Of a DNA stretch of 64,000 nt, positions 40,650 through 49,758 are shown one piece after another. The DNA lies in contig CAWANH010000029.1 in NCBI GenBank assembly GCA_963783375.1, positions 352,001-416,000 of the forward strand, given 5' to 3'. Below the pieces are notes generated by a model. It had not been told where the DNA came from and made no database searches. It was given only the letters and a program-made list of their open reading frames with translations. The stretch's first letter is position 1. Each line of letters starts with the position of its first letter. The DNA comes from Candidatus Eiseniibacteriota bacterium. Lineage in GTDB: Bacteria; Eisenbacteria; RBG-16-71-46; JABDJR01. The position numbers were made by a program, and so were the translations under genes.

Positions 40650-40678
40650 AGTCTAGGCGAGGACTCAACGGCTGTCAA
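40650..40678 (-). promoter_or_regulatory. Sigma70 promoter preceding a ~270-nt structured leader
   Basis: Minus strand TTGACA(40673-40678)-17-TAGACT(40650-40655). Confidence 0.65.
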
Positions 40679-42729
40679 GGCAACCGACTGCGGGCCAGGG
40701 CCAGGGCCCGCCGGACCCCGGCGGCGGAAGCGGAGTCCGGGGCGGCGGCGAGCGCCCGGGATAGGTCGTCCAGCGCCGCCTCGCGCTTCCCTTCCTCGGC
40801 CGAGAGGAGGCCGCGATTGAAGCGCGCCTTGAAACTTCCGGGATCCAGATCGATTGCGCGATCCCACGCGGAGCGTCCCCCGGCCCGATCCCCGGCCAGC
40901 CGGCGGAACCGCCCCAGGCTGTTCCATACCTCCGGGTCCCGGCTCCCCGCCCGCGCCGCCCGCTCCAGGTCCTCCCGCGCGGCGCCGGTTCGGCCCAGGG
41001 TCTCGAGGAGGAGGCCCAGCCGACCCCAGAGCTCCGGATTCTCGGGGAAGTCGGCGGCGGCGGCCTGGAGCCGGCTCACCGCCTCCTCCTTCCGGCCCAT
41101 CCGCTCGAGAATCCGCCCCCACGCGGCCTGGACCTCCCAGGATTTCGGGAGGCGGCCGGCCGCGCGTTCCACTCCGGCCAAGGCGCGAGGGAGGTCTCCC
41201 TCCCGTTCCGCGGCCACCGCCAGGCCCAGCTCCGCCCGTCCCTCCCCGGGATCCAGGTCGAGGGCGCGCCGGTAGGCCGCCTCCGCCTCCGCCGGACGCC
41301 CGGCGTTGAGCGCGGCCTCGCCGCGGGCCAGGGCGTCCCGCGCCGGGTCCTCGCGGACCGCGCCCGGCCAGGGGGCGTTCAGGACGAGATAGAGAACCGC
41401 GAAGGCCGTCCATCGTCCCGGGTTCCGGCCGGCGAAGAGCGCGGCGGTTCCCGCACCGGCCAGGAGGGCCAGCGGGGCCAGGGTGGGGACCCGGAACCGG
41501 GCGCAGACGAAGAAGAACACCATGGGAAGCAGGACGGTCACGAAGGCCAGGAGGACCGGTCGCCATCGCCGGCGGCGCCGCACCGACCACGCCCCCACCA
41601 GGGCCAGCGGGAAGAGAAGCCCGCTCGGCCAGTAGGCCATCGGCAGCTTCCAGAGGATCGCGCCCAGCCACGGCACGTCCCGACGCCCCTCGTAGATGGA
41701 TCGGTTGTTCGGGGTCTCGAAACCGTGGAAGAGGTACAGGGCCTTGGCCGCGGTCGTCCGAAGCGCGGGGCCGGGATGTTCCCGCCAGAAAGCGAGCGCC
41801 TTCCGGCTCCACCACGCGGAGGCCTCGGACGGGGTGGCGGAATGGCCCACCGCGGCGGAGGCCGCGCGCACCGAGGCGTCGGCGAAATCCCGCCATCCCC
41901 CCACCGGTCCCAGGGCGGGGGCGCTCACCCCGCGCCCGTCCGCCCCCGGGTGGTTTCCCACGTAGAGGTTGACGCCCCCCTGGGTCGAGGGGAAACGGAG
42001 CCCGGCCCCGTGGGCGGCCATGATGAGCGCCGGCCCCGTCCAGATCAGCGCGGCCACCAGGATGGGGGCAGCCGCGCGCCACGCGCGACCGCGTCGGGCG
42101 CCGAGGCCGAGAAACGAGGCTCCGAGGGGAAGGAGGGCCAGGGGAGCCCGGGCCAGAGCCGCCGCCGCCCAGAGCGCGGACGCCCCGAGCCACGCCCCGC
42201 GGCCGGGGTCGGCGGAGGAACGGTACGAGGCCTCGGGGGGCGGGGCGGGAGCCAGGGCCAGGACCATACCCCACGCGGTGAGCGCGGCGGCCAGGGGCGC
42301 GCCCAGAAGCTCCCCTTCCAGGAACAGCTCGGGAGCGTAGAGCGCGGCGGCCAACCCCAGGATCCATCGTCCCCGGCGGGCGAAGCCCAGGCGGAAGGCG
42401 GCGACCCCGACCGCCACCGCGGTGAGGCTTCCCAGGCCCGCCCCCAGGATCCGACCCGGCCACGGGCCCGCTCCGAACGTCGCGTAGAGAACGCCGAGGA
42501 GCCAGGGGAAGAGGGGGGGGCGGAAGTAGGGCGCGCCGGCGGCCAGCTCCCCGGAGGCGAAGGCGCGAGCCAGGCGGTCGTGAAACGCGGAGTCCAGGAT
42601 GGGGGCGGCAAAGAAGGGGCTCGTCCGGTAGAAAGCCAGGTAGGCCACCCGCGCGGCGAGGGCGATCCCGAACAGCAGGGCCGCCTCCGAATAGGGGAAG
42701 GACGGTGGGGTGGCCTCGCGGCGATTCAT
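40675..42729 (-). CDS. GT-C membrane glycosyltransferase fused to TPR repeats (paralog of 27385..29613)
   Basis: YFRPPLFPWLL, FLEGELL, GGVNLYVGNHP, FFVCARFRVP; C-terminal TPRs. Confidence 0.8.
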   Translation of the reverse strand: MNRREATPPSFPYSEAALLFGIALAARVAYLAFYRTSPFFAAPILDSAFHDRLARAFASGELAAGAPYFRPPLFPWLLGVLYATFGAGPWPGRILGAGLGSLTAVAVGVAAFRLGFARRGRWILGLAAALYAPELFLEGELLGAPLAAALTAWGMVLALAPAPPPEASYRSSADPGRGAWLGASALWAAAALARAPLALLPLGASFLGLGARRGRAWRAAAPILVAALIWTGPALIMAAHGAGLRFPSTQGGVNLYVGNHPGADGRGVSAPALGPVGGWRDFADASVRAASAAVGHSATPSEASAWWSRKALAFWREHPGPALRTTAAKALYLFHGFETPNNRSIYEGRRDVPWLGAILWKLPMAYWPSGLLFPLALVGAWSVRRRRRWRPVLLAFVTVLLPMVFFFVCARFRVPTLAPLALLAGAGTAALFAGRNPGRWTAFAVLYLVLNAPWPGAVREDPARDALARGEAALNAGRPAEAEAAYRRALDLDPGEGRAELGLAVAAEREGDLPRALAGVERAAGRLPKSWEVQAAWGRILERMGRKEEAVSRLQAAAADFPENPELWGRLGLLLETLGRTGAAREDLERAARAGSRDPEVWNSLGRFRRLAGDRAGGRSAWDRAIDLDPGSFKARFNRGLLSAEEGKREAALDDLSRALAAAPDSASAAGVRRALALARSRLP

Positions 42730-42737
42730 GGGGCGGC

Positions 42738-43910
42738 TCAGGCGAAGGCGGCGATACCCGTGACCTCCTGGCCGAGGATCAAGGTATGAATGTCGTGGGT
42801 GCCCTCGTAGGTCTTCACCGACTCCAGGTTCATCATGTGGCGCATGATCGGGTACTCGGTGGAGATGCCGTTGGCGCCGAGAATCTCCCGAGCCACCCGG
42901 GCGATGTCGAGCGCTATGGCCACGTTGTTGCGCTTGGCCATCGAGACCTGGACCGGAGTGGCCTTTCCGTCGTCCTTCAGCCGGCCCAGGCGGTGACAGA
43001 GGACCTGGGCCTTGGTGATCTCGGTGAACATGTCGGCGAACTTGGCCTGGGTGAGCTGGAAGGAAGCGATGGGGCGGTCGAATTGAATCCTCGTCTTGGA
43101 ATATTCGACAGCGGCATGAAAGCAGGCCATGGCCGCGCCGATCGCCCCCCAGGCGATACCGTAGCGGGCCTGGGTGAGGCAGGAGAGGGGGGCCTTGAGT
43201 CCCGAGGCCCCCGGGAGGCGGTTCGCGTCGGGGACGCGCACGTCCTGGAGCACCAGCTCGCTGGTCACCGAGGCGCGGAGGCTCATCTTGTGGGTCATCT
43301 CCGGGGCGGAGAAGCCGGGGCGGTCCTTCTCCACCAGGAAGCCCCGGATCACCTGGTCCTCGTCCTTGGCCCACACCACGGAGACGTCGGCGATGCCGCC
43401 GTTGGTGATCCACATCTTGGCGCCGTTCAGCACCCACTCGTTCCCGTCCCGGCGGGCCCGGGTCACCATGCCTCCGGGGTTGGATCCGTAGTCGGGCTCG
43501 GTGAGCCCGAAGCTTCCGATCGCCTCGCCGCTGGCCAGCCGGGGGAGCCAGGCGCGGCGCTGCTCCTCCGTCCCGTAGGTGAAGATCGGGTACATGACCA
43601 GGGCTCCCTGCACCGAGACGAAGGAGCGTAGGCCGCTGTCCCCCCGCTCCAGCTCCTGCATGACCAGGCCGTACCCGGTGTTGCTCATCTCAGCGCAACC
43701 GTACTCGGCGGGGAGGTTGGAGCCGAACACCCCCAGGTCGGCCAGACCCGCTTTGAGCTCCAGGGGAAAACGCCCTTGTTCGTAGGCGCCCTCGATGATC
43801 GGGAGCACCTCGGCGTCGACGAAGTCGCGGACGGCCTGGCGGGCCATCACCTCCTCGTCGGTCAGGAGATCGTCCAGCTGGAAGAAATCGTAACCCGGGA
43901 AGGAACTCAT
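42738..43910 (-). CDS. Acyl-CoA dehydrogenase, glutaryl-CoA dehydrogenase-like
   Basis: ELERGDSGLRSFVSVQ, FGLTEPDYGSNP, LNGAKMWITNG, TYEGTHDIHTLILG. Confidence 0.9.
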   Translation of the reverse strand: MSSFPGYDFFQLDDLLTDEEVMARQAVRDFVDAEVLPIIEGAYEQGRFPLELKAGLADLGVFGSNLPAEYGCAEMSNTGYGLVMQELERGDSGLRSFVSVQGALVMYPIFTYGTEEQRRAWLPRLASGEAIGSFGLTEPDYGSNPGGMVTRARRDGNEWVLNGAKMWITNGGIADVSVVWAKDEDQVIRGFLVEKDRPGFSAPEMTHKMSLRASVTSELVLQDVRVPDANRLPGASGLKAPLSCLTQARYGIAWGAIGAAMACFHAAVEYSKTRIQFDRPIASFQLTQAKFADMFTEITKAQVLCHRLGRLKDDGKATPVQVSMAKRNNVAIALDIARVAREILGANGISTEYPIMRHMMNLESVKTYEGTHDIHTLILGQEVTGIAAFA

Positions 43911-44032
43911 GCGCGGCGTTCTCCTGGATTCGGGGTCTGAGAACTGGGGTCGGTTCGAGGGGGGGAGTATAGGGGGGCGCGGGGACGCGGGCAACGGCGG
44001 CTGCGCCGGAGGGGGGTTCGAACCGGGGGGGC

Positions 44033-45070
44033 TCAGCGGTTCCAGCTGCGGTCGTCGGCCTCCTGCCCCTCACCCGGAGACCCGGCCTCCTCCGAGGGGT
44101 CGTCGGCGTCCCCGATCATCTCTCCCGGCACCTCCTCGTCGTCGTCATCCTCCTCATCATCCTCGAATTCGTCCCCGTCCTCGAAGTCGTCCTCGTCCTC
44201 GAAGTCGTCCTCCACCTCCTCGTCGTCCCCGTCCTCGAAGTCCTCGTCTTCGAAGTCCTCATCCTCCTCCAGGTAGCCCTCGTCCTCGAAGTCCCCCTCC
44301 TCGTGGTCGCTGGTCCCGTTCGATCCCCGGCCGCCCCCCAGGATCTCGCCCACCTCCGGCCGCTCCCGGTTCAGGTGCAGGACCCGGTATCCGTCGGGCC
44401 GTTGCTGCTTGAGGAGCAATCCCTCCTGGATCGCCTGGGCCACGAACTCGCGGGCCTCGTCCTCGGCCAGCCCCGGAAACTCGGTGGAGGTCGTCATGGC
44501 CGCGGAGACGTACTTGAAGGTGATAAAGGGCTTGGAACGCTCCAGGCGGTCCACGAAACGGACGAACGCGTCCCGTCGCTCGTCGTCGGCCACCGGCTCG
44601 AACTCCAGGGGCTCGAAGCTTCCGCCCGCCGCCTCGATGAGATCGTTGGACACCGAGCCCCGGACCCCCGCGATCACGACCTCCTTGCCGTAGCGGTTGC
44701 GGATCATGGTGACCATGCGGATGAAACGGCGGTCCCCGGTCATCAGGATGTAGGTGCCAAGGAACGGACGGTCGAGGAGGGTCTCGAAGATGTCCATCAA
44801 CATCTCCATGTCCGCCCCCCCCTTGGGGCGCTCGCCGACCTGGAGCGAAGCCACGTTCACCGCGCTGATTCCCGAGACCTGAAGGTCGCGTTGGACCCGC
44901 TCGGGGTGCTCCTCGAAGTCCGCATAGGATCGGGCCAGGGTCACCAGCCCGTAGCGGCGACCGATCTCCATGAGCATGGAGCCCGAGAGTTCCCGGTGAT
45001 AGGTGTTGAGCACGCTGTAGCGGATGTTCTCGAAATCGACGAAGAGGGCGACTTCACGAGGCCTATCCAT
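44033..45070 (-). CDS. NYN-domain (LabA/DUF88, PIN-like) protein with acidic tail
   Basis: ALFVDFENI, YAD, KGGADM, LMTGDRRF; Asp/Glu-rich C-terminus; RBS GGAGG. Confidence 0.85.
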   Translation of the reverse strand: MDRPREVALFVDFENIRYSVLNTYHRELSGSMLMEIGRRYGLVTLARSYADFEEHPERVQRDLQVSGISAVNVASLQVGERPKGGADMEMLMDIFETLLDRPFLGTYILMTGDRRFIRMVTMIRNRYGKEVVIAGVRGSVSNDLIEAAGGSFEPLEFEPVADDERRDAFVRFVDRLERSKPFITFKYVSAAMTTSTEFPGLAEDEAREFVAQAIQEGLLLKQQRPDGYRVLHLNRERPEVGEILGGGRGSNGTSDHEEGDFEDEGYLEEDEDFEDEDFEDGDDEEVEDDFEDEDDFEDGDEFEDDEEDDDDEEVPGEMIGDADDPSEEAGSPGEGQEADDRSWNR

Positions 45071-45372
45071 GCTTCCTCCGCGGGGAACGCTTCCGGCGCA
45101 CTCGGAGGGACCGGCCCGAATGGGAGGACGCCGGAAGGAATGGGGTCCTGATGGTGTTCTGCAGGATGATGTCGATGTAACTGTTCACGTACGCGACCCG
45201 TCAAGGAGTGATTCTGACGCCGGGGCGGCGATCCGGGGGAATGTCGAGAGGTTCCGCCAAACGAAACGGGGGTCGACGATCCGACGAACCAGAAATGCCC
45301 GAGGCGCGCACCGTCAATTGCAAAGGATCCGCCTCGTTGACCCAAAGCCAATTTCGGACCCACTAGCCGATT

Positions 45373-45401
45373 ATCATACCGGAGCCGGAGCCACAACTCA
45401 A
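45373..45401 (-). promoter_or_regulatory. Putative sigma70 promoter upstream of the NYN gene leader
   Basis: Minus strand TTGAGT-17-TATGAT. Confidence 0.5.
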
Positions 45402-45444
45402 GAGACTCCTTGGCGTTGTCCGGAAACGGGGAACCGGGGCGCGG

Positions 45445-46170
45445 TCAACCACCGGCCTCCCCGGCGGCGGCCAGGACCGTCCGGAGCGCCGCCTCGGCCC
45501 GGAGCGCGGTGGCGTCATCCTCGGCCCGGATCACCAGCTTGAGACTCCAACCCTCCTCACCGAGGATCGGGTACGAGCCCCACCGGACCGATGGCCAGGC
45601 CTCGGCCAATTCCCGGAGCGGAGCGGCCACCAGTCCCTCGCGAAGGCGGGTGGCGATCTCGCGCCGGACCCAGGGCCGGCCGCGGAGGGGGGCCAGGTTG
45701 GCGGTGAGGAGTTGATCCAGGAGCCGGGGGACTCCGGGGAAGACGAACACGCCGAGGACGCGGAAGCCGAACGCGGCGGTTCCGGGCGCGGTGAGGAGAT
45801 CCGACCCCTCGGGGAGGTCGGCCATGGCCCGCTCGTCCATCGTGGCGCCCGCGGCCAGGATCCCCGCGAGCCGACGCAGGGCCTCGGGATGGGGGACGAG
45901 GCGCCGATCCAGGGCGCGGGCCACCGCGGGCCGTGTGCAATCGTCGTGGGTGGGTCCGATGCCCCCGGTCACCAGGACGAGATCGGCGGCGGTCGCCCCC
46001 TCCCGCACCGCGTGCGCGACATCCTCCTCCCGGTCCGCCACCACCCGGAGGGCGGTGGTGCGGGTCCCGAGGCGGGCCAGGGTGCCGAGTAGAAGGGGGC
46101 CGTTCCGGTCCTCGACCTCGGCGGCCAGAACTTCGTCTCCCACGATCACGATCTGCGCGGTGCGATCCAC
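45445..46170 (-). CDS. CinA N-terminal / molybdopterin-binding (COG1058-like) protein
   Basis: IVGDEVL...DRNG, TGGIGPTHDDCT, FPGVP; GTG start after GGAGG. Confidence 0.85.
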   Translation of the reverse strand: MDRTAQIVIVGDEVLAAEVEDRNGPLLLGTLARLGTRTTALRVVADREEDVAHAVREGATAADLVLVTGGIGPTHDDCTRPAVARALDRRLVPHPEALRRLAGILAAGATMDERAMADLPEGSDLLTAPGTAAFGFRVLGVFVFPGVPRLLDQLLTANLAPLRGRPWVRREIATRLREGLVAAPLRELAEAWPSVRWGSYPILGEEGWSLKLVIRAEDDATALRAEAALRTVLAAAGEAGG

Positions 46171-46320
46171 GAAGCCTCCAATGGCGGGGCCCCGGATGGG
46201 GACCCTCACCCCATGGTAGGAGAGGGCGGGTGGTTTGGAAACCGGGGATGAGGGCCGAGGGAAGCCGGGGAGCGATCGTGATAGGATTTGACGTCCCGAA
46301 CGTGACCCAAAGGAGTGAGC

Positions 46321-47397
46321 ATGAGCGAACAGCCCGTCATTCGTCCCGAATCCGTTCTGGATGCCCTCCGGGGCATCGAGGACCCCGATCTTCACCAGGA
46401 CATCGTGGCCCTGGGCTTCGTCCGGGATCTCCGGGTGGAGGAGGGGCGGGTCGCCTTCACCATCCAGCTCACCACCCCCGCCTGCCCGGTGAAGGGGGAG
46501 ATGGAACGCCAGGCGCGGGCCCGGGTGGCCGCGATCCCCGGCGTGACCGAGGTCGAGGTTCAGATGACCTCCAGCGTTCCCCAGGCCCCGGCCTCGATGG
46601 GCGCCGAACTTCTCCCCGGCGTCCGGCACACGGTGGCGGTGGCCAGCGGGAAGGGAGGGGTGGGAAAGTCCACGGTGGCGGTGAATCTGGCCGCGGCCCT
46701 GGCCGGGAGCGGGGCCCGGGTGGGTCTCATGGACGCGGACATCTACGGGCCCTCCATCCCGATCATGATGGGACTCAAGACCGCCCGCCCCACCGTCCGC
46801 GACGGGAAGCTCGTGCCCCTGGAGCGCTACGGTCTCCGCATGATGTCCCTCGGGTTCATCGCCGGGGAGGACACCCCGGTGATCTGGCGCGGCCCCCTGG
46901 TGGGAAAGCTGGTGCAGCAGTTCCTGGGCGACGTGGAGTGGGGGGAGCTCGACTACCTGGTGGTGGACCTCCCGCCGGGAACCGGCGACGCCCAGCTCAC
47001 CCTCACCCAGAGCGCTCCCCTGGCCGGGGCGGTGATCGTGACCACCCCTCAGGATGTGGCCCTGGAGGACGTCCGCCGGGGGGTCCGCATGTTCGAGAAG
47101 GTGAACGTGCCCGTCCTGGGAATCGTGGAGAACATGGCGTACTTCATCTGCCCCGATTGCGGGAGCCGCCACGAGATCTTCAACCACGGGGGCGGGGCCG
47201 AAGCGGCCCGCCAGTTCGAGGTGCCCTTCCTGGGGGAAATCCCCATCGATCCGGCCATCCGGCAGGGGGGGGACGAGGGCGTCCCTCTGGTGGTGGGGCA
47301 CCCCGACTCCCCGCAGACCGCGGCCTTCCAGCGGGTGGCCGGGGAACTGGCCCGCCAGCTCAGCATCCTCGCCTATCCCGCACCCCCCACCCCCTGA
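46321..47397 (+). CDS. apbC: Mrp/ApbC iron-sulfur cluster carrier ATPase
   Basis: LTTPACP, SGKGGVGKST, DADIYGPS, WRGP, DLPPGTGD, ENM..FICPDC. Confidence 0.93.
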   Translation: MSEQPVIRPESVLDALRGIEDPDLHQDIVALGFVRDLRVEEGRVAFTIQLTTPACPVKGEMERQARARVAAIPGVTEVEVQMTSSVPQAPASMGAELLPGVRHTVAVASGKGGVGKSTVAVNLAAALAGSGARVGLMDADIYGPSIPIMMGLKTARPTVRDGKLVPLERYGLRMMSLGFIAGEDTPVIWRGPLVGKLVQQFLGDVEWGELDYLVVDLPPGTGDAQLTLTQSAPLAGAVIVTTPQDVALEDVRRGVRMFEKVNVPVLGIVENMAYFICPDCGSRHEIFNHGGGAEAARQFEVPFLGEIPIDPAIRQGGDEGVPLVVGHPDSPQTAAFQRVAGELARQLSILAYPAPPTP

Positions 47398-47630
47398 TTC
47401 GCGGATCCGGGCCCGCCGCAGGGTCCGCTCCCCCTGTCCAGGGGGGAGGAGGGCTTCTCGTCGTCGGCCGTCACGCCGGGGCTCGACAGCCGCTCTTCCT
47501 TTGTGTAGCCTTGGGTGGCGTTTTCGGTCGGTGGCTCGAATGCGATTCGAATCGCCTCCGGGCGCCGGGACAGGGTGCCTTGGGCGGAGAACCCCCGCCC
47601 GGGCTTCCCCATGGAGAAGGGGCATTCACG

Positions 47631-48686
47631 GTGGCCAAGGCGTCAACTTCAAAAAAGACAAAGACTTCCGCAAAGCGGAAACCCGGGGGAAGCGCGTCGG
47701 CCAAGACCCGCTCCGGGAAGTCCGGGAAATCCAAGAAGAAGGTGGCGGCAGCCTCCAAGAGGTCTGAAAAGCCCGCTTCCGCGGCGAGAAAGACCTCCAA
47801 GCAGAAGGCTTCCAGGAAGGCGACCTCCCGGCAGAAGGCGTCCAGGCCAACGGTGTCCAAGAAGACCACCTCCCGGCAGAAGACGTCCAAGCCGAAGATC
47901 TCCAAGAAAACCGCCGCGGGAGCGTCCCCGCGTCGCGCCGCCGGAACCTCCAAGAGCCGGGTTTCCGCCGCCAAGTCCGCCGCCCCGGCCCGGGGGACGA
48001 AGGCCGGCAAACCCGCGCCGAAGCCCCGGACCAAGCAACCTCAGAAGTCGGCCCCCGCCACGGCGGCCCCGGTCGCCTCGAAGAGCGCGGCCAGGAAGAA
48101 GGCGGCCGAAGCGGTGCAGAAGAGCGCATCCGGCAAGGGATCGTCCGCCCCTCCCGCCCCCGAAGCGGTCATGGTCTCCGTGGAGGACGCCATGGCCAAC
48201 CTTCCCTACGTCGAGGGGCAGTTCGTGGTGCATCCCAAGTACGGGCTGGGCCGGGTCAACCGCATCCTCGAACGGAAGCTGTCCACCCGCACCGTGCCCT
48301 GCCTGGAGATCGGTTTCTCCTACCAGGAGATGAAGCTGACCATCCCCGTGGATCAGGTCGATCGTTCCGGACTCCGGCGGCCCATCGGCAAGAAGTCCAT
48401 CGACGACGTGTTCAAGGTGCTTCGCGGCCGGGCAACCTTCGATGCCAAGCGGCGCTCGGCCAAGCGGGTGGTGGACTACCGGAAACGCCTGGGGCAGGGC
48501 GACCCCACGTCCCTGGCCGAGGCGGTCCGCGACCTGGCCCGACTCTCCCTCCGCAAATCCCTCTCCTACGAGGAACGGAAGATCCTGAGCACCGCGCTTC
48601 GCATCCTGAGCCGCGAAGTCGCCCTGGCCCGGGGGCGGGAACCGGACGACGTGCGCGAGGAGATCGAGAAAATCGTGTATCGTTGA
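47631..48686 (+). CDS. CarD/CdnL-family RNAP-binding protein with long Lys/Ser/Ala-rich N-terminal extension
   Basis: C-terminal CarD domain (GQFVVHPKYGLGRV, MKLTIPV, GLR, LAEAVRDL, LSYEERKIL); GTG start after GGAGAAGGGG; putative promoter TCGACA-17-TAGCCT upstream. Confidence 0.82.
   Translation: MAKASTSKKTKTSAKRKPGGSASAKTRSGKSGKSKKKVAAASKRSEKPASAARKTSKQKASRKATSRQKASRPTVSKKTTSRQKTSKPKISKKTAAGASPRRAAGTSKSRVSAAKSAAPARGTKAGKPAPKPRTKQPQKSAPATAAPVASKSAARKKAAEAVQKSASGKGSSAPPAPEAVMVSVEDAMANLPYVEGQFVVHPKYGLGRVNRILERKLSTRTVPCLEIGFSYQEMKLTIPVDQVDRSGLRRPIGKKSIDDVFKVLRGRATFDAKRRSAKRVVDYRKRLGQGDPTSLAEAVRDLARLSLRKSLSYEERKILSTALRILSREVALARGREPDDVREEIEKIVYR
47793..47912 (+). repeat. Eight degenerate 15-nt (pentapeptide) tandem repeats in the CarD tail
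   Basis: TSKQK ASRKA TSRQK ASRPT VSKKT TSRQK TSKPK ISKKT; ACCTCCCGGCAGAAG occurs twice. Confidence 0.75.
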
Positions 48687-48747
48687 GGGGTCCCTGTCCG
48701 CGCCCCCGGGGCGGCGGCCGATGATCTTTCCACGAGGACCGCGCATC

Positions 48748-49758
48748 ATGACTCCTTCGCTCCCGTCCCCCTTGCCATTTCGCCTTTCCATACGTTGGAC
48801 CGTTGCTCTCGCCCTGGCCGTGACGGCGCTGCTCGGGGGGAGGGGAGGCGTCGAGGCCTCGGCGCCCGCGGACACCGCGTTCACCGCCGCTCCCCCCGAC
48901 TCCCAGTTCAGCTTTACGGTCACCCTGGCCAGCCAGACCGACAGCCGGGGTGAGCTCCGCCCCTGCACCTGACACGGGCAGCCGGTCGGGGGACTGGCTC
49001 TTCGCAGCGGGGTGTTCAAGAAGATCCGAGCCCTGCCGGGGCCCGCGGTGGTCGTGGACGGCGGAGACTTCACGCCCGGACCCGCCGATACCCTGGCGGT
49101 CGAGAAGTCGGAGCTGATGATCCGGACCATGGCCATGATGAAGTACGACGCGGTGGGGCTGGGGGAGACCGACCTCATTCGCGGGGTGGAGTATCTCGAC
49201 GAGGCCTCGAAGGTGCTCCCCCTGGTCTGCGCGAACGTGAAGCTTCCCGCCGATATCCAGGCCCGGATTCCCGCGGTGCGCTGGCTCGACGTGGAGGGGC
49301 ACCGGGTGGCGGTGACCGGCTACGTGGATCCCCTCCTCTACTACGTCTGGCCGGGGGCGTTCGGGCGGAGCCCGGACAGCCTCACCGTGATCGATCCGGT
49401 CCAGGCTCTGGCTCCCCTCATCGAGACCCTCCGCCCCCAGGCCGACCTGGTGATCGTGCTGGCCCACGGGGACAAGGACGAGATCGGGGAATGGATGAAC
49501 GGGGTGCCCCCGGTGGACGTGGTGATCCAGGGGCACGAGCCGGAGATTCCCCATGGACCGATGGAGTTCGGGAACACCTACCTGGTGCGGTCGGGCCCTC
49601 GGTCGCGGCGGGTGGCCCAGTTCGACGTGAACCTGATCGCGCCCCACCGGGTGAAGGGATTTCACTTCAAGCTCTGGGACCTGAGCAAGATCCACGACGG
49701 GGACGCCGAGGTGGACGACATCGTGAAGGCGTTCAACGCGCGACACGGTTTGCGCTGA
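48748..49758 (+). CDS. UshA/5'-nucleotidase-like secreted selenoprotein (CxU motif, UGA at 48970-48972)
   Basis: ORFs 48721..48972 and 49012..49758 are in the same frame, separated by one TGA: GELRPCT[U]HGQPVGGLALR; then VDGGD, YDAVGLGETD, CANV, VLAH, IQGH; SECIS-like hairpin just downstream. Confidence 0.8.
48980..48999 (+). promoter_or_regulatory. Putative bacterial SECIS element
   Basis: AGCCGGTC-GGGG-GACTGGCT (8-bp stem with one G-U pair, G-rich loop), stem starting 7 nt after the in-frame UGA. Confidence 0.7.

Noticed and set aside
44100-44310. Periodic TCGTCCTCGAAG repeats resembling a CRISPR or tandem array
   Set aside because: They encode the DFED acidic tail of the NYN protein; no spacers and no cas genes
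48721-48972. Independent 83-aa ORF or nonsense pseudogene
   Set aside because: The stop falls exactly on the second Cys position of a CxC motif and is followed by a SECIS-like hairpin, so selenocysteine read-through explains it better
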